Origin: Candidatus Spongiisociaceae bacterium
Lineage (GTDB): Bacteria > Actinomycetota > Acidimicrobiia > Spongiisociales > Spongiisociaceae
Reading direction: 5' to 3'
Length of the DNA: 64,000 bases
Assembly: GCA_965219685.1 (NCBI GenBank)
Contig: CBDCOH010000002.1
Span: 1,536,001 to 1,600,000 of the forward strand
Part shown: positions 39,956 through 50,094 of the stretch, piece after piece
How positions within the stretch are numbered: the stretch's first letter is position 1
Layout of the letters: each line of letters starts with the position of its first letter
The notes under the pieces: model-generated
Database searches by the model: none
Told to the model about the DNA's origin: nothing
Seen by the model: the letters and a program-made list of their open reading frames with translations, nothing else
Program-made: the position numbers and the translations under genes

Positions 39956-40817
39956 ACAGCGACAGGGCGGTGCCTCCCCGGATGGCCGCTCGTTCTTCGG
40001 GAGTGATGTCCGGGAGGTAGTGGTCCACCAGTGCGAGCACTTCGGCGTGGCCGGGCTCGACCTTGATCCAGGGCCAGTCGGATGCGTTGAGCATCCGGTG
40101 GGCGCCGAATGCCCGGTAGATCCGGTCTACCACCTCCTGCATGTCGGGGTGGGGGTACGGGGTCTGGGTGAAGGCGTACTGGCCCGAGATGTGGACGTAT
40201 AGGTCGTCGGGATGGTCGGCCGCAAGCCTCTCGATCCTCTCCAGCGAGTCGGGCGGAAGGGGAATGTCGAAGCGAGGGCGCAGGTATTCGTCGATCGCCA
40301 ACTCCATCCAGATATCCGGACAGAACCCCAGGTGGTTAAGCACGACCTTCAACCCGGGGAGGAGTTGCATGGCCTCGTCAAGAAGCTCCACCTGGTCGGG
40401 TGACCCGTAGAACCAGACCTTCATGTCGCGGTCGCGCATCGCCTCCAGTACGGGGAACACGTCCATGGACTCCGCCTCCTGCCCCGGCTCCGCCCCGAAG
40501 CCGTACAAGCGGAGTCCCTGGATGCCGGCCTGCTCGGCCCGCCGGGCAACCTGCCCCGCTCCATCCTCGGCCTCCGGGTCGTAGACCCCCACACCGGCGA
40601 ACTTGCCCGGAAAGTCGACCAGGATCTCCGCCAGGTAGTGGTCGTGAGGCGAGAGCGGAACGATCACGGCATGATCCACGCCGGCCGCGTCCATAGCTCC
40701 CAGGAACTCCTCTGCGAGTTCCTCCCGCTCCGCGGGCACCATGCCTTCGAACACGAGGCGTGGGTAGTCCTCGCTGTGGGCTTTGAACAGGTGCAGGTGC
40801 GCGTCCACGACGGCCAT
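39945..40817 (-). CDS. Amidohydrolase family (Amidohydro_2) protein
   Basis: VDAHLH, LNHLG, ASDWP; RBS GGAGG before ATG 40817. Confidence 0.88.
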   Translation of the reverse strand: MAVVDAHLHLFKAHSEDYPRLVFEGMVPAEREELAEEFLGAMDAAGVDHAVIVPLSPHDHYLAEILVDFPGKFAGVGVYDPEAEDGAGQVARRAEQAGIQGLRLYGFGAEPGQEAESMDVFPVLEAMRDRDMKVWFYGSPDQVELLDEAMQLLPGLKVVLNHLGFCPDIWMELAIDEYLRPRFDIPLPPDSLERIERLAADHPDDLYVHISGQYAFTQTPYPHPDMQEVVDRIYRAFGAHRMLNASDWPWIKVEPGHAEVLALVDHYLPDITPEERAAIRGGTALSLFSF

Positions 40818-40818
40818 G

Positions 40819-41550
40819 TCAGGAACCTCCGGTGTGTCGGGTCGTATCTGTTCGAGCATCGGTCTCGCGGTCGGCGGCCTGGCGCTCGGCGCGGAGTGCT
40901 TCGATCTGCTCCGCGTGGTCCGCTATCCACGATAGGTGATGGCCCGTGAGGTAGCGGCGCAGGAACATCACCATGTGTTCGACCATCTGGGGCTGGTCCA
41001 CGAGCAGGGCGGGGCCGGCACGATCCGAGGCAGCCGTCACCTGGAGGTTCTGGCCTCTCATCCTCGGGTAGATGAAGTTCACCTGGTCGGTCACCGCCTC
41101 GTTCAGGGCGCCCCTCAGCACCAGGCGGGTCGCAGGGCGGGTCGTCCGCCAGTCGATCGGCTCCCGTTCCCCTGGTAGGGGGGCCACCATGACCTGGACC
41201 GGCGCCCCGCACTCCGCGTCCATGAACAGGAGCGTATCGGTAACCGAACCGTAGGTCACCAGCGCCACGGGACCGAAGGACGCCTTGACCTCGGCAAGAG
41301 CGAGCATCATGTCCGGCAGCACCCGGCCGGCGTCGCGCCGCCCATCCGACAGGCCGTGGCCCCGCAGTTCGAGACTGATCACCCTGAACCCGTGCTCCGC
41401 CACCCGGGCCGTCACCGGACCCCAAGCGTCCAGGTCGTCGCCCAGGTCGTGCACGAACAGGACCGGCGGTCCGTCCCGGGACCATTCGTGTCCGCGAAGG
41501 ATCAGGCCGTCGCGAAGCCTGACCGCGACGGGAAGCGGCGGTGGCCTCAT
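40819..41550 (-). CDS. Alpha/beta hydrolase-fold protein, catalytic residues apparently degenerate
   Basis: DGLILRG.EW, VLFVHD, ELRGHGLSDG; no GxSxG elbow. Confidence 0.65.
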   Translation of the reverse strand: MRPPPLPVAVRLRDGLILRGHEWSRDGPPVLFVHDLGDDLDAWGPVTARVAEHGFRVISLELRGHGLSDGRRDAGRVLPDMMLALAEVKASFGPVALVTYGSVTDTLLFMDAECGAPVQVMVAPLPGEREPIDWRTTRPATRLVLRGALNEAVTDQVNFIYPRMRGQNLQVTAASDRAGPALLVDQPQMVEHMVMFLRRYLTGHHLSWIADHAEQIEALRAERQAADRETDARTDTTRHTGGS

Positions 41551-42566
41551 CAAGCGAACGGCTGCGGGTTGAAGCAGCGGAGGGTGCGGTCTCCCACCTC
41601 GTCGGACAGTTCCGGATGCTCCGTCCAGCACCGATCGATGGCGTGGGGGCAGCGCGGCGCGAAGCGGCAACCCGGAGGCATGAGTTGGGGTGGAGGGACG
41701 AGTCCGGGAATCGGGTCGAGCCTCCGGCGCTTGACGCTCACCTGCGGGAGGGCCCGCAACAGACCCTGGGTGTAGGGGTGGCGGGGGTCCTCGAACAACT
41801 CGTCGACCGGGGCCTGCTCGACGATCTCACCCGCGTACATCACCGCCACGCGGTCGGCCACCGCCGCAACCACCGCCAGGTCGTGGGTGATCAGCAGCAT
41901 CGACATGTGGCGCTCGCGCTGCTCGTGCATCAGCTGGTCGAGGATCTGTGCCTGGACGGTGACATCCAGGGCGGTGGTCGGCTCGTCGGCGATGAGGATG
42001 TCGGGATCCAGCACCAGGGCGAGAGCGATCATGACCCGCTGGCGCATCCCTCCCGAGAGCTGGTGGGGATAGGAGTCGAGCTGCTTGACGGGATCCGGGA
42101 GCCCGACCTTGCTGAGGACGTCTCCTGCCATCCGGCGGGCCTCCGAGGAACTCACGTCGCGATGGGAACGGATCACCTCGCTGATCACGTTCCCCACCGT
42201 GAACACCGGATCCAGGGAGGTGAGGGGGTCCTGGAAGATCATCGAGATCGACTCCGACCGGATGGCCCGCATCCGGCTGTTCCGAAGCTCGAGCAGATCC
42301 TGACCCTTGAACAGCACCCGGCCGGCGCGTGTCCGGACCGGCGGGGTGGGCAAAAGGCGCATGATCGACAGCGCGGTGATGCTCTTTCCGCATCCGCTCT
42401 CGCCCACCAGGCACAGGATCTCGTTTGGGTAGATGTCCAGCGCCAGGTTCCGCACCACGTCGAACGACTCACCGCGGGTCGTGACCGCGGTCCGGAGCCC
42501 GCTTATCGACAGCAACGGGGCCTGCTCGCGCCCGGAAGAGCCGGCGCGGAGGTCGGTCGCGGCCAT
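41550..42566 (-). CDS. Oligopeptide/dipeptide ABC transporter ATP-binding protein (DppD/OppD type)
   Basis: [46 protein letters not shown]. Confidence 0.95.
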   Translation of the reverse strand: MAATDLRAGSSGREQAPLLSISGLRTAVTTRGESFDVVRNLALDIYPNEILCLVGESGCGKSITALSIMRLLPTPPVRTRAGRVLFKGQDLLELRNSRMRAIRSESISMIFQDPLTSLDPVFTVGNVISEVIRSHRDVSSSEARRMAGDVLSKVGLPDPVKQLDSYPHQLSGGMRQRVMIALALVLDPDILIADEPTTALDVTVQAQILDQLMHEQRERHMSMLLITHDLAVVAAVADRVAVMYAGEIVEQAPVDELFEDPRHPYTQGLLRALPQVSVKRRRLDPIPGLVPPPQLMPPGCRFAPRCPHAIDRCWTEHPELSDEVGDRTLRCFNPQPFA

Positions 42567-43483
42567 CAGGTCTTCCTCAACCTGGGATTGACCACCGTGT
42601 AGCCGACGTCGGCCAACCAGTTGCTCAGCAGGACGATTGTCACCAGCACCAGGGAGAAGAACTGGGCCACCGGGTAGTCGCGGCGCAGCACGGCGTTGAC
42701 CAGCACCTGGCCGAGGCCGGGCCACCCGAATATGGTCTCCACCACCAGGGCGTAGCCAACGATCTGCCCGATCCGGAGCCCTGCCAAGGACACGATGGGC
42801 ACCAGCGCGTTGCGGAACACGTGCTTACCGATGACCCGGACCTCCGACAGGCCCCCGGCACGAAGGGTGCGGACGAAGTCCTGGTTCAGGTTCTCCAGCA
42901 TGGCCGAACGGGTCATCCGCACCGTGAGGGCCATACCCTCCATCGCTAGGACAACAGCAGGGAGAACGAGTTGCTTGGGACCGCAGCAGCCGGCTGACGG
43001 GAGCCATCCCAGCACGGACGCGAACAACCAAACGGCCAGCAGAGCCAGCCAGAAGTTCGGAACCGCCATCCCGGCCACGGAGAACGTCATGATCCCGCCG
43101 TCCCACCAGGAATTCCTCCGTAGCGAGGCGAGCAGACCCAGCGGGATGCCGAGACCGAACACCAGCACGAAGGCCGCGACTCCCAGGATGAGGCTGTTCT
43201 TGCCGTGTTCAGTGATAAGGGTGCCGATCCTGGCGTTGTTGGTGAGCGAGTTGCCCAGGTCTCCGGAGAGGATGCTCCCGACGTAATCGAAGTACTGCTG
43301 GTGGAACGGATCGTTGAGCCCGAGTTGTTCCCTCACGGCCTCCCGCTCCTCCGCCGACGCGGAAGCGGGGACCCGGGCGGCGACCGCGTCGCCCCCCGAG
43401 AGCCGGATGGCGTAGAACACCGCGATCGATGAGAGCACCAGGACTATCACCATGTAGATGGTGCGGGCCAGGACCCGTCTCAC
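42566..43483 (-). CDS. Dpp/Opp ABC permease (DppB type), copy 2
   Basis: GDLGNS, PNFWL, R.TRSAML, RNAL.P, VETIFGWPGLG, RDYP. Confidence 0.93.
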   Translation of the reverse strand: MRRVLARTIYMVIVLVLSSIAVFYAIRLSGGDAVAARVPASASAEEREAVREQLGLNDPFHQQYFDYVGSILSGDLGNSLTNNARIGTLITEHGKNSLILGVAAFVLVFGLGIPLGLLASLRRNSWWDGGIMTFSVAGMAVPNFWLALLAVWLFASVLGWLPSAGCCGPKQLVLPAVVLAMEGMALTVRMTRSAMLENLNQDFVRTLRAGGLSEVRVIGKHVFRNALVPIVSLAGLRIGQIVGYALVVETIFGWPGLGQVLVNAVLRRDYPVAQFFSLVLVTIVLLSNWLADVGYTVVNPRLRKT

Positions 43484-44421
43484 TCCTCCTCGACCCCCTT
43501 CGCCTCGTGGCGCAATCTCGGGTCGAACACGTCCCGCAGGCCGTCACCGATCAGGGACACGGCGAGAACGAGCAGGACGATGGTCAGCCCGGGGATGGTG
43601 GATCCCCAATGGTTCAGTTGCAGGAAGTTGCGGCCGTCGGAGACCATCCCGCCCAGGCTGGGGGTGGGAGGTTGCGCGCCGAGACCGATGAAGGACAGGG
43701 CCGCCTCGGCGATGACCGCCACCGCAACGTAGTAGGAGGCGAGTACCAGGGCGGGCGCCAGGATGTTCGGGAAGATGTGCTTGGCCATGATCCTCGTGGT
43801 GGACAGACCACCTGCCCGGGCCGCTTCTATGAACTCGCGTTCGCTCAGGGTCAGGACCTCGCCCCGCACGACCCTGGCAATCGCCGCGGTGTTGACCAGG
43901 CCCACCGCCAGGATCACCGGGAACAGCCCCTCCCCCAGCCCGCCGGCGAACAGGACCGCCACCAGGATCAGCGGGAATCCCCACACGAAATCGACCACGC
44001 CCCTGATAGTCCGGTCCCTCCATCCTCCGAGGTACCCGCCGATCATGCCGAGCAGGAGACCGAGGACGAGGGAGAGCAGGGTCACGCCTGCCGCCACCAT
44101 CAGGCTCACCCGGATTCCCACGAATGTGCGCACCGCAAGGTCCCGGCCCAGGTGGTCTGTACCGAGCAGGTAGCCCTCGCTACCCGGTGGCAGGTGGGTA
44201 TCGGCGAAGCTCTGGAAGGTCGGGTCGGCTCCGGAGATCATCGGCCCGAAGATGCCCGTGCCCAGGACCAGAAGGCCGAGAGCGCTTCCGAGCAGTAGAA
44301 GCTTGTTCCTGCGCATGCGATCGAGCGCGGCGCGGGCCGGGCCGACCCGCCGACTCTCCTCGTAGTCGGCGAGACGCAGTTCCCACGCTTCGAGATGGGA
44401 GCTTGTCCGTTCAGCCACCAT
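43480..44421 (-). CDS. Dpp/Opp ABC permease (DppC type)
   Basis: LLGTDHLGRD, ARVVRG, HIFPN, EAALSFIGLG, GDGLRD.FDPR. Confidence 0.94.
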   Translation of the reverse strand: MVAERTSSHLEAWELRLADYEESRRVGPARAALDRMRRNKLLLLGSALGLLVLGTGIFGPMISGADPTFQSFADTHLPPGSEGYLLGTDHLGRDLAVRTFVGIRVSLMVAAGVTLLSLVLGLLLGMIGGYLGGWRDRTIRGVVDFVWGFPLILVAVLFAGGLGEGLFPVILAVGLVNTAAIARVVRGEVLTLSEREFIEAARAGGLSTTRIMAKHIFPNILAPALVLASYYVAVAVIAEAALSFIGLGAQPPTPSLGGMVSDGRNFLQLNHWGSTIPGLTIVLLVLAVSLIGDGLRDVFDPRLRHEAKGVEEE

Positions 44422-44443
44422 CAGTCCTCCAACTCCGCAGGCA

Positions 44444-45379
44444 TCATACGCCCCTGGGCCGAGCCGAGCGAAGGCGAGGGTTGGCAGCCAGGTAGCCCAA
44501 GTCCGCCAGCCAGTTGCCCAGCACCACGAGGGCCACGAGCACCAGGGAGAAGAATTGCGCCACCGGGTAGTCGCGCCGCAGCACCGCGTTGACCAGCACT
44601 TGGCCCAGTCCCGGCCACCCGAACACCGTCTCGACCACCAGCGCGTAACCCACGATCTGCCCGATCCGGAGTCCGGCCAGCGATACGATGGGTATCAACG
44701 CGTTGCGGAGGACGTGGCGTCCGATCACCCTGAACTCCGATAGCCCGCCGGCGCGGAGCGTCCTCACGAAATCCCGTCCGAGGTTCTCGAGCATCGCCGA
44801 GCGGGTCATGCGCACCGTCAGGGCGAGACCCTCCATCGCCAGAACCACCGCCGGCATCACCAGGTGCCGGGGACCGCAGCAGCCGGCGGTCGGCAGCCAG
44901 TGGAGGGTCGACGCGAACAGCCACACGGCCAGCAGAGCCAGCCAGAAGTTGGGCACGGCCATACCCCCGACCGAGAAGGTCATGATCGATGCGTCGACCA
45001 GGCTGTTGCGTCGCAGTGAAGCCAGGATGCCGAGCGGCACCCCCACCGCGAACACGATGAAGAAGGCCGCCGCGCCCAGTATCAGGCTGTGGCGGCCATG
45101 GATCACCAGCATGTCCACGATGGGCGAGTTGTTGGTGAGCGAGTTGCCAAGATCGCCCCGCAGCAGCCTTCCCATGTAGGCGAAGTACTGCTCGTGGATG
45201 GGCAGATTCAGCCCCCAGAGCTCGCGCAACTGCTCGCGCGCCTCGAGAGACGCAGTGCCAGGCTGGATCACCGCCGCCACCGCATCGCCGCCCGAGAGGC
45301 GGATGGCGTAGAAGACGGCCACGGACGACACCAGCACGATCAGCACCATGTAGGCGGTACGGATCGCAACTACCTTCAT
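44444..45379 (-). CDS. Dpp/Opp ABC permease (DppB type), copy 1
   Basis: Same motifs as 42566-43483; close paralog. Confidence 0.93.
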   Translation of the reverse strand: MKVVAIRTAYMVLIVLVSSVAVFYAIRLSGGDAVAAVIQPGTASLEAREQLRELWGLNLPIHEQYFAYMGRLLRGDLGNSLTNNSPIVDMLVIHGRHSLILGAAAFFIVFAVGVPLGILASLRRNSLVDASIMTFSVGGMAVPNFWLALLAVWLFASTLHWLPTAGCCGPRHLVMPAVVLAMEGLALTVRMTRSAMLENLGRDFVRTLRAGGLSEFRVIGRHVLRNALIPIVSLAGLRIGQIVGYALVVETVFGWPGLGQVLVNAVLRRDYPVAQFFSLVLVALVVLGNWLADLGYLAANPRLRSARPRGV

Positions 45380-45397
45380 CGACCACCTTCCTGAAAC

Positions 45398-45430
45398 GAG
45401 TGGGGGCCGCGCCCTGCACGGCCCCCACTC
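45398..45430 (-). terminator. Strong stem-loop after the substrate-binding gene (mRNA stabiliser or partial terminator)
   Basis: GAGTGGGGGCCG-N9-CGGCCCCCACTC, perfect 12-bp stem, followed by GTTT on the minus strand. Confidence 0.7.
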
Positions 45431-45465
45431 CGGTTCGGTACTTCAGTCGCCCGTGACGCCGACCT

Positions 45466-47307
45466 CTAGGCCTCGATCCACGTGTCGTTGTAGTACGGGT
45501 ACAGGTTCCACACGAACGGCTGCCATCCGTGCACCTTGTTGTTGTGCACGAACGTCGCGTTCTGGTTCATGATCGGTATGAACGGGAGTTCCTCCGCCCA
45601 CGCCAACTGGAACTGCGAGGCGGCCGCCTGTGCCTGTGTCTCGTTGGCCGAGGTCTGCCAGCTGGCGATGGCGTCGTCGACCCTCGGCTCGACCGCATGC
45701 GAGAAGTTGGGCACCGGGATGAACTGCGACCCGCCGAAGAGGATCAACACGTCCAGCGGGATCGGCCACAACCAGAAGAAGAGCGACATCTCGACCGCGT
45801 CACGGCCGGGACCGCTCTGCTGCTCGAAGGCCAGGGCCCGGTCGACCACGTCGAGGTTCGCCTGGACCCCGACGTTGGCGAACTGGGCCTGCACGGCTTC
45901 GGCCACCGACTTCTGCACCGTCTCGTCCTCCACCAGGTAGCGGAACTCGAAGCGGACACCGTCCCTCTCGCGGACTCCGTCACCTCCCCGGACCCATCCG
46001 GCCCGGTCGAGCTTCTGGTTGGCCAGATCGATGTCGAACTGGTTGAACTGCTCCACCGCCGGTTCGTAGTTCCGGTCCGTGGTCGGGAACGGTCCGTACG
46101 TGGGGGCGCCGTTGCCGAACAGGATGGCCTGCACCATGCCCTCCCGGTCGAGGGCGTGGGAAAGGCCCTGACGGGTGAGCCTGTCACCGAAGTACTCCGC
46201 ATAGTCGCGGTTCATGGCCAGGTGGTAGCCCGACCACTCGGGGTGCCTGATGACCGTCAGGTCCGAGTTGGACTCGAGCCGGCCGATGTCCTGGTGAGCG
46301 GGATTGATCAGCGTGTCGATGTCACCGTTCTCCAGCTGGGTGGCCCGCTGGCCGGCCTCGGTGATAACGGTCCAGCGGATCGCATCGAGGTAGGCCGTGC
46401 CCTTGTTCTCGAAGAAGGGAGTCAGCGATCCCGGATAGGCGTCCCACCGCTTGACCAGCACGTGGCTTCCGGGCACCCACTCCTCATGGGTGAAGGGACC
46501 GGTGCCGTCGACCAGTTCGGTTCCGTAGGTCGATCCGGCGTTCAGAGACCCGTCCTCGTTGACCGAGTGCTCCTTCCACGTGTTGATGTTCACGATCCGC
46601 CAGTATCCGGTCTTGTGAGGCCCCAGAGCTCCCACCCAGGGGTTCTTCATCTTCATGACAACGTCGGAGCCATCCGCTTCGTAGGTGTCCACAGGGGCGG
46701 CGAGGCCCGCGATGAAGCTGTACTGCTGGATCGACCGGTAGAACTCGGCGACCATCTCCGCGTTGATGGTCCCGCCGGAGTGCGAGAGCTTGCCATCCGG
46801 AATCGTGAACCGGTACTCGAGCCCGTCGTCCGAGCCGGAGAAGTCGGAGGCGAACTGCGGCACCGTGGCGCCGCTCGGGTCGTTCGACAGGATCGCCTCG
46901 TAAATGGCGAAGAACGCCGGGTCGTACCAGTTCGTGGTGAGGGGATCGTGCTTGGAGACGTCGCGGTTGTAGCCCTCCCGCAACGTGCCGCCCACCACCG
47001 GCCCCATCATCTCGGGTTCGGTGGTCTCGGTCTCCTCCATCGCCTGGGTGGTGGCGGGGGCTTCCTCGGTGTCGGCCATGGCGGCTGTGGTAGTGGTTGC
47101 GGCGGCTGCCTGCGTGGTCGCCGGAGCAGCCTCGGGTTCCTCGTCGTCACCGCAGGCGGCCAGGATCGAGGCTGCCGCTGCTACACCGATGCCGGCCGCT
47201 CCCAGGCGTTTCATGAACTGGCGCCGGCCGATCTCCTTGGTCTTGTATTGTTTCGTGAGCTCGGTAACCTCGGACCCGAACTCGGACTCCGTCCATGAGT
47301 TACCCAT
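45466..47307 (-). CDS. ABC transporter family-5 substrate-binding lipoprotein with Tat signal
   Basis: GRRQFMKR twin-arginine motif, lipobox LAAC, Thr/Ala/Glu linker, GTGPF, RQGLSHALDR. Confidence 0.92.
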   Translation of the reverse strand: MGNSWTESEFGSEVTELTKQYKTKEIGRRQFMKRLGAAGIGVAAAASILAACGDDEEPEAAPATTQAAAATTTTAAMADTEEAPATTQAMEETETTEPEMMGPVVGGTLREGYNRDVSKHDPLTTNWYDPAFFAIYEAILSNDPSGATVPQFASDFSGSDDGLEYRFTIPDGKLSHSGGTINAEMVAEFYRSIQQYSFIAGLAAPVDTYEADGSDVVMKMKNPWVGALGPHKTGYWRIVNINTWKEHSVNEDGSLNAGSTYGTELVDGTGPFTHEEWVPGSHVLVKRWDAYPGSLTPFFENKGTAYLDAIRWTVITEAGQRATQLENGDIDTLINPAHQDIGRLESNSDLTVIRHPEWSGYHLAMNRDYAEYFGDRLTRQGLSHALDREGMVQAILFGNGAPTYGPFPTTDRNYEPAVEQFNQFDIDLANQKLDRAGWVRGGDGVRERDGVRFEFRYLVEDETVQKSVAEAVQAQFANVGVQANLDVVDRALAFEQQSGPGRDAVEMSLFFWLWPIPLDVLILFGGSQFIPVPNFSHAVEPRVDDAIASWQTSANETQAQAAASQFQLAWAEELPFIPIMNQNATFVHNNKVHGWQPFVWNLYPYYNDTWIEA

Positions 47308-47403
47308 ACGCGTGTCCTCCTTCGATCGCGCCGGTTTGTGCCTGACCGAGTATCTTATCCTGTCGCTTGTCCGCGGGCCATAGAAAACACAAGGAGGGTG
47401 GAG

Positions 47404-48369
47404 ATGACCGACACGGAACGGATGCTCGTCACCGGCTCAGCCGGATGTATCGGTGCCTGGGCGGTTCACGAATTGGTCCGCGAAGGGACACCCGTAGTCG
47501 CCTTCGATGTCACCGGCGACCAGCACCGGCTGCGCCTGGTGCTCGACGATGAGCAACTCGAATCGGTCGTTTTCCGCAGGGGAGACATAAGGGACGGGGC
47601 CGCGGTCCGGAAAGTGGTCCAGGAGGAGCGGATCACCCACGTCGTCCACCTGGCGGGGTTGCAGGTCCCGTTCTGTGCGGCCGACCCGGTCAACGGCTCC
47701 CTGGTCAACGTCACCGGAACGTTGAACGTGTTGGAGGCGAAGCGCCGCTCGGACGGGCAGGTCCGCGGGCTCACCTACGCCAGTTCCATCGGTGTGTTCG
47801 GCCCGGCCCCGATGTACGAGGGCGGCAAGGTACACGATGACTCGCCGACCGCACCCGCCACCCTGTACGGCGCCTACAAGCAGGCCAACGAGTGGACCGC
47901 GCGTATCTACGCGGCCGACTGGGGAGTGGGATCGGTGGGACTCCGCCCCTCGGTCATCTACGGTCTCGGGCGAGATCAGGGTCTCACGTCGGGCGCCACC
48001 AAGGTGATGCTGGCCGCTGCGGCCGACCAATCCGGTCACATCGGCTACGGCGGAACGGTGACCTACCAGCACGCCCAGGACATGGCCGCCATCTTCATCG
48101 CCTCGGCGCGACTCGAGGCCGACACCGCGCTCGTCCACAACGTCGGGGGTCCCGTGGCCGACATCACCGAGGTCGCCGCGCTGATCGACGCCACCACCCC
48201 GGGTATCGAGACCACCTACGACTCCGATCCATTCCCCCTGCCATCGATCATCGACGGCGCCGGCCTGGATAGGATCATCGACTACCGGCAGCGTTCTCTC
48301 GAAGATGGCATTGCCGGAACCGTCGACGGCTTCCGCCGGCTGCTCTCGTCCGGGCGAATCAGCTCCTGA
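47404..48369 (+). CDS. NAD-dependent epimerase/dehydratase
   Basis: LVTGSAGCIG, VHLAGLQVP, ASSI, YGAYK, LRP..IYG.GRDQG. Confidence 0.9.
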   Translation: MTDTERMLVTGSAGCIGAWAVHELVREGTPVVAFDVTGDQHRLRLVLDDEQLESVVFRRGDIRDGAAVRKVVQEERITHVVHLAGLQVPFCAADPVNGSLVNVTGTLNVLEAKRRSDGQVRGLTYASSIGVFGPAPMYEGGKVHDDSPTAPATLYGAYKQANEWTARIYAADWGVGSVGLRPSVIYGLGRDQGLTSGATKVMLAAAADQSGHIGYGGTVTYQHAQDMAAIFIASARLEADTALVHNVGGPVADITEVAALIDATTPGIETTYDSDPFPLPSIIDGAGLDRIIDYRQRSLEDGIAGTVDGFRRLLSSGRISS

Positions 48370-48522
48370 CGGCCACCGATCACCTGGCCACGTGGACCAG
48401 GAAAATGCACAGCCTCACAAGAGCGTCAAGCAACTCCACCTGAGCGACCGACGGCCGATCCGCTCACTCTGGCATATCTTGCATCGGCATTGTGATGGCA
48501 TCGACACGGGAAGGGCTGCCAC

Positions 48523-48783
48523 GTGAAGGCGCGAACCATGGTGTATCTGGAGGAGGAACAGCTGGAGATCCTGCGTAGAGAAGCGAAGGATCAACGTATT
48601 TCTCTCGCGGAACTGATCCGGCGCGCTCTCCAGATCTACATCGATGGGCAGCAGGCACCCCGCCATGTCAAGCCGGAAACCTGGCTGAAGATCGTGGGCC
48701 TAGGAGCCGGCGACAGCCCCGATGTTGCCGAACAGCACGACATCTATTTGGCGAAGGTGCTGGAACGTGACCATATTGGTTGA
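48523..48783 (+). CDS. CopG/ribbon-helix-helix antitoxin (VapB-like)
   Basis: RTMVYL..EQ...LR.EA....SLAELIRRAL...IVGLG....DVAE.HD.YL. Confidence 0.8.
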   Translation: MKARTMVYLEEEQLEILRREAKDQRISLAELIRRALQIYIDGQQAPRHVKPETWLKIVGLGAGDSPDVAEQHDIYLAKVLERDHIG

Positions 48784-48870
48784 TACTGGGGCCCGGTAGG
48801 AGCCGGCTGTTCCAAGATCCGGAGCGTTCGCCGACATCACCGCAAGGCCGCGACCTGCCGCTCGGCAAAA
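48767..48870 (+). pseudogene. Disrupted VapC (PIN) toxin remnant
   Basis: GTG ACC ATA TTG GTT GAT ACT GGG GCC CGG TAG = MTILVDTGAR*, overlapping the antitoxin end; RHHRKAA appears downstream in another frame; 3' limit approximate. Confidence 0.55.
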
Positions 48871-49300
48871 CTCACGAGGCGAGGTCGACATCGATATGGC
48901 GTAGGTACGTGTACGGCCTTGCTACCGGCGTCAAGTTAGCTCGACGGCTTCTCGTGCCGGCCGCAGCATCACCGACCGGCTGCGGCTGAACGGGCGGCGC
49001 CGCTACCGTCCCAGCCGGGAGAGGCTCATCGTGGTCCGCCCGAGGTGCGGATCAGGAGAGACCTTCTTTTCGTTGCACATGGGTCTAGACGCGGCGGCTC
49101 CGGACCTGTAACAAATGGGGAGACCGGATGAGACGCATCCCATGGCGAGGGAATGCCGGGGCGGGGCATCGCAGGGCCGGAATGGGAGACCAGCCGGGAC
49201 CATCAGTGGATGCGATCGACCAGTCGGGGAGGGCACGAAGATGAACCATGCCGACGTACGGACCGACCGGCTCGTCGGGATAGACGGGAGAGGGGCCCGA

Positions 49301-50026
49301 GTGACCGATCGAGACTCCATCACGCATGGGGGCACCACCATCAACTACGAGATCCGCCGCAGCAAGCGCCGCAAGAAGACCATCGAGGTCAGGGTGAGCC
49401 GCGACGGCGTCTGCGTCTACGCGCCGTGGGCCATCTCAGACTCCGAAGTTCGGGCGTTCGTTCGCGATCGCGGCTCGTGGATCCTGAGCCACCTGGCGAG
49501 GCTGAGCGAGATCGAACCGATCCGATTCGCCGATGGAGAGACCCTGGCCTATCTGGGCCGCGAGATCCCCATGGTCTTCGAGACTGCGGAGGTGAGCGCC
49601 CCGGAGGTCGACCTGGAGGACGGAGTCTTCAAGGTGACCGAACCGGTCGGAGTCGGCGGGGAGGAACGGGTGGAGATGATCGGCCAAGCATTCCTCAAGT
49701 GGTACCACTACCGCGCTGGCGAACACCTGGTTGAAACCGTCGACCGCTGGTGGCCAGTGGCCGGGCACGGGCCCAAGTCACTGGTGCTGATCCGGAACCA
49801 GCGTAAGCGCTGGGGTAGCTGCGGAGTGGACGGAACCCTTCGCTTCAACTGGCGGGTCATGATGCTCGAGCCCGACCTCATCGACTACGTGGTGGTACAC
49901 GAACTGGCCCATCTGCAGGTGAGGAATCACTCCCCCGACTTCTGGAACCTCGTGCAGAGCTTCCTGCCGGATGTCCCGCAGCGACGCAAGCGGCTCCGGC
50001 AGAAGGCCATCGGGATGCAACTCTGA
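49301..50026 (+). CDS. YgjP/DUF45 (M48-like) metal-dependent hydrolase
   Basis: RRSKRRKKTI, FADGE...YLG, KRWGSC, FNWR, YVVVHELAHL...NHS..FW; start uncertain (49241 or 49301). Confidence 0.88.
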   Translation: MTDRDSITHGGTTINYEIRRSKRRKKTIEVRVSRDGVCVYAPWAISDSEVRAFVRDRGSWILSHLARLSEIEPIRFADGETLAYLGREIPMVFETAEVSAPEVDLEDGVFKVTEPVGVGGEERVEMIGQAFLKWYHYRAGEHLVETVDRWWPVAGHGPKSLVLIRNQRKRWGSCGVDGTLRFNWRVMMLEPDLIDYVVVHELAHLQVRNHSPDFWNLVQSFLPDVPQRRKRLRQKAIGMQL

Positions 50027-50094
50027 CCCTACGCTCCGGATGGCTCCTCCCCACCCCCGGGTCCGCCGTGGACGATCCCCGGTAGGCGGACCGC

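Noticed and set aside
49301-50026. YgjP-like gene as marker of a type I restriction-modification or defence island
   Set aside because: No hsdR/M/S or other defence genes nearby.
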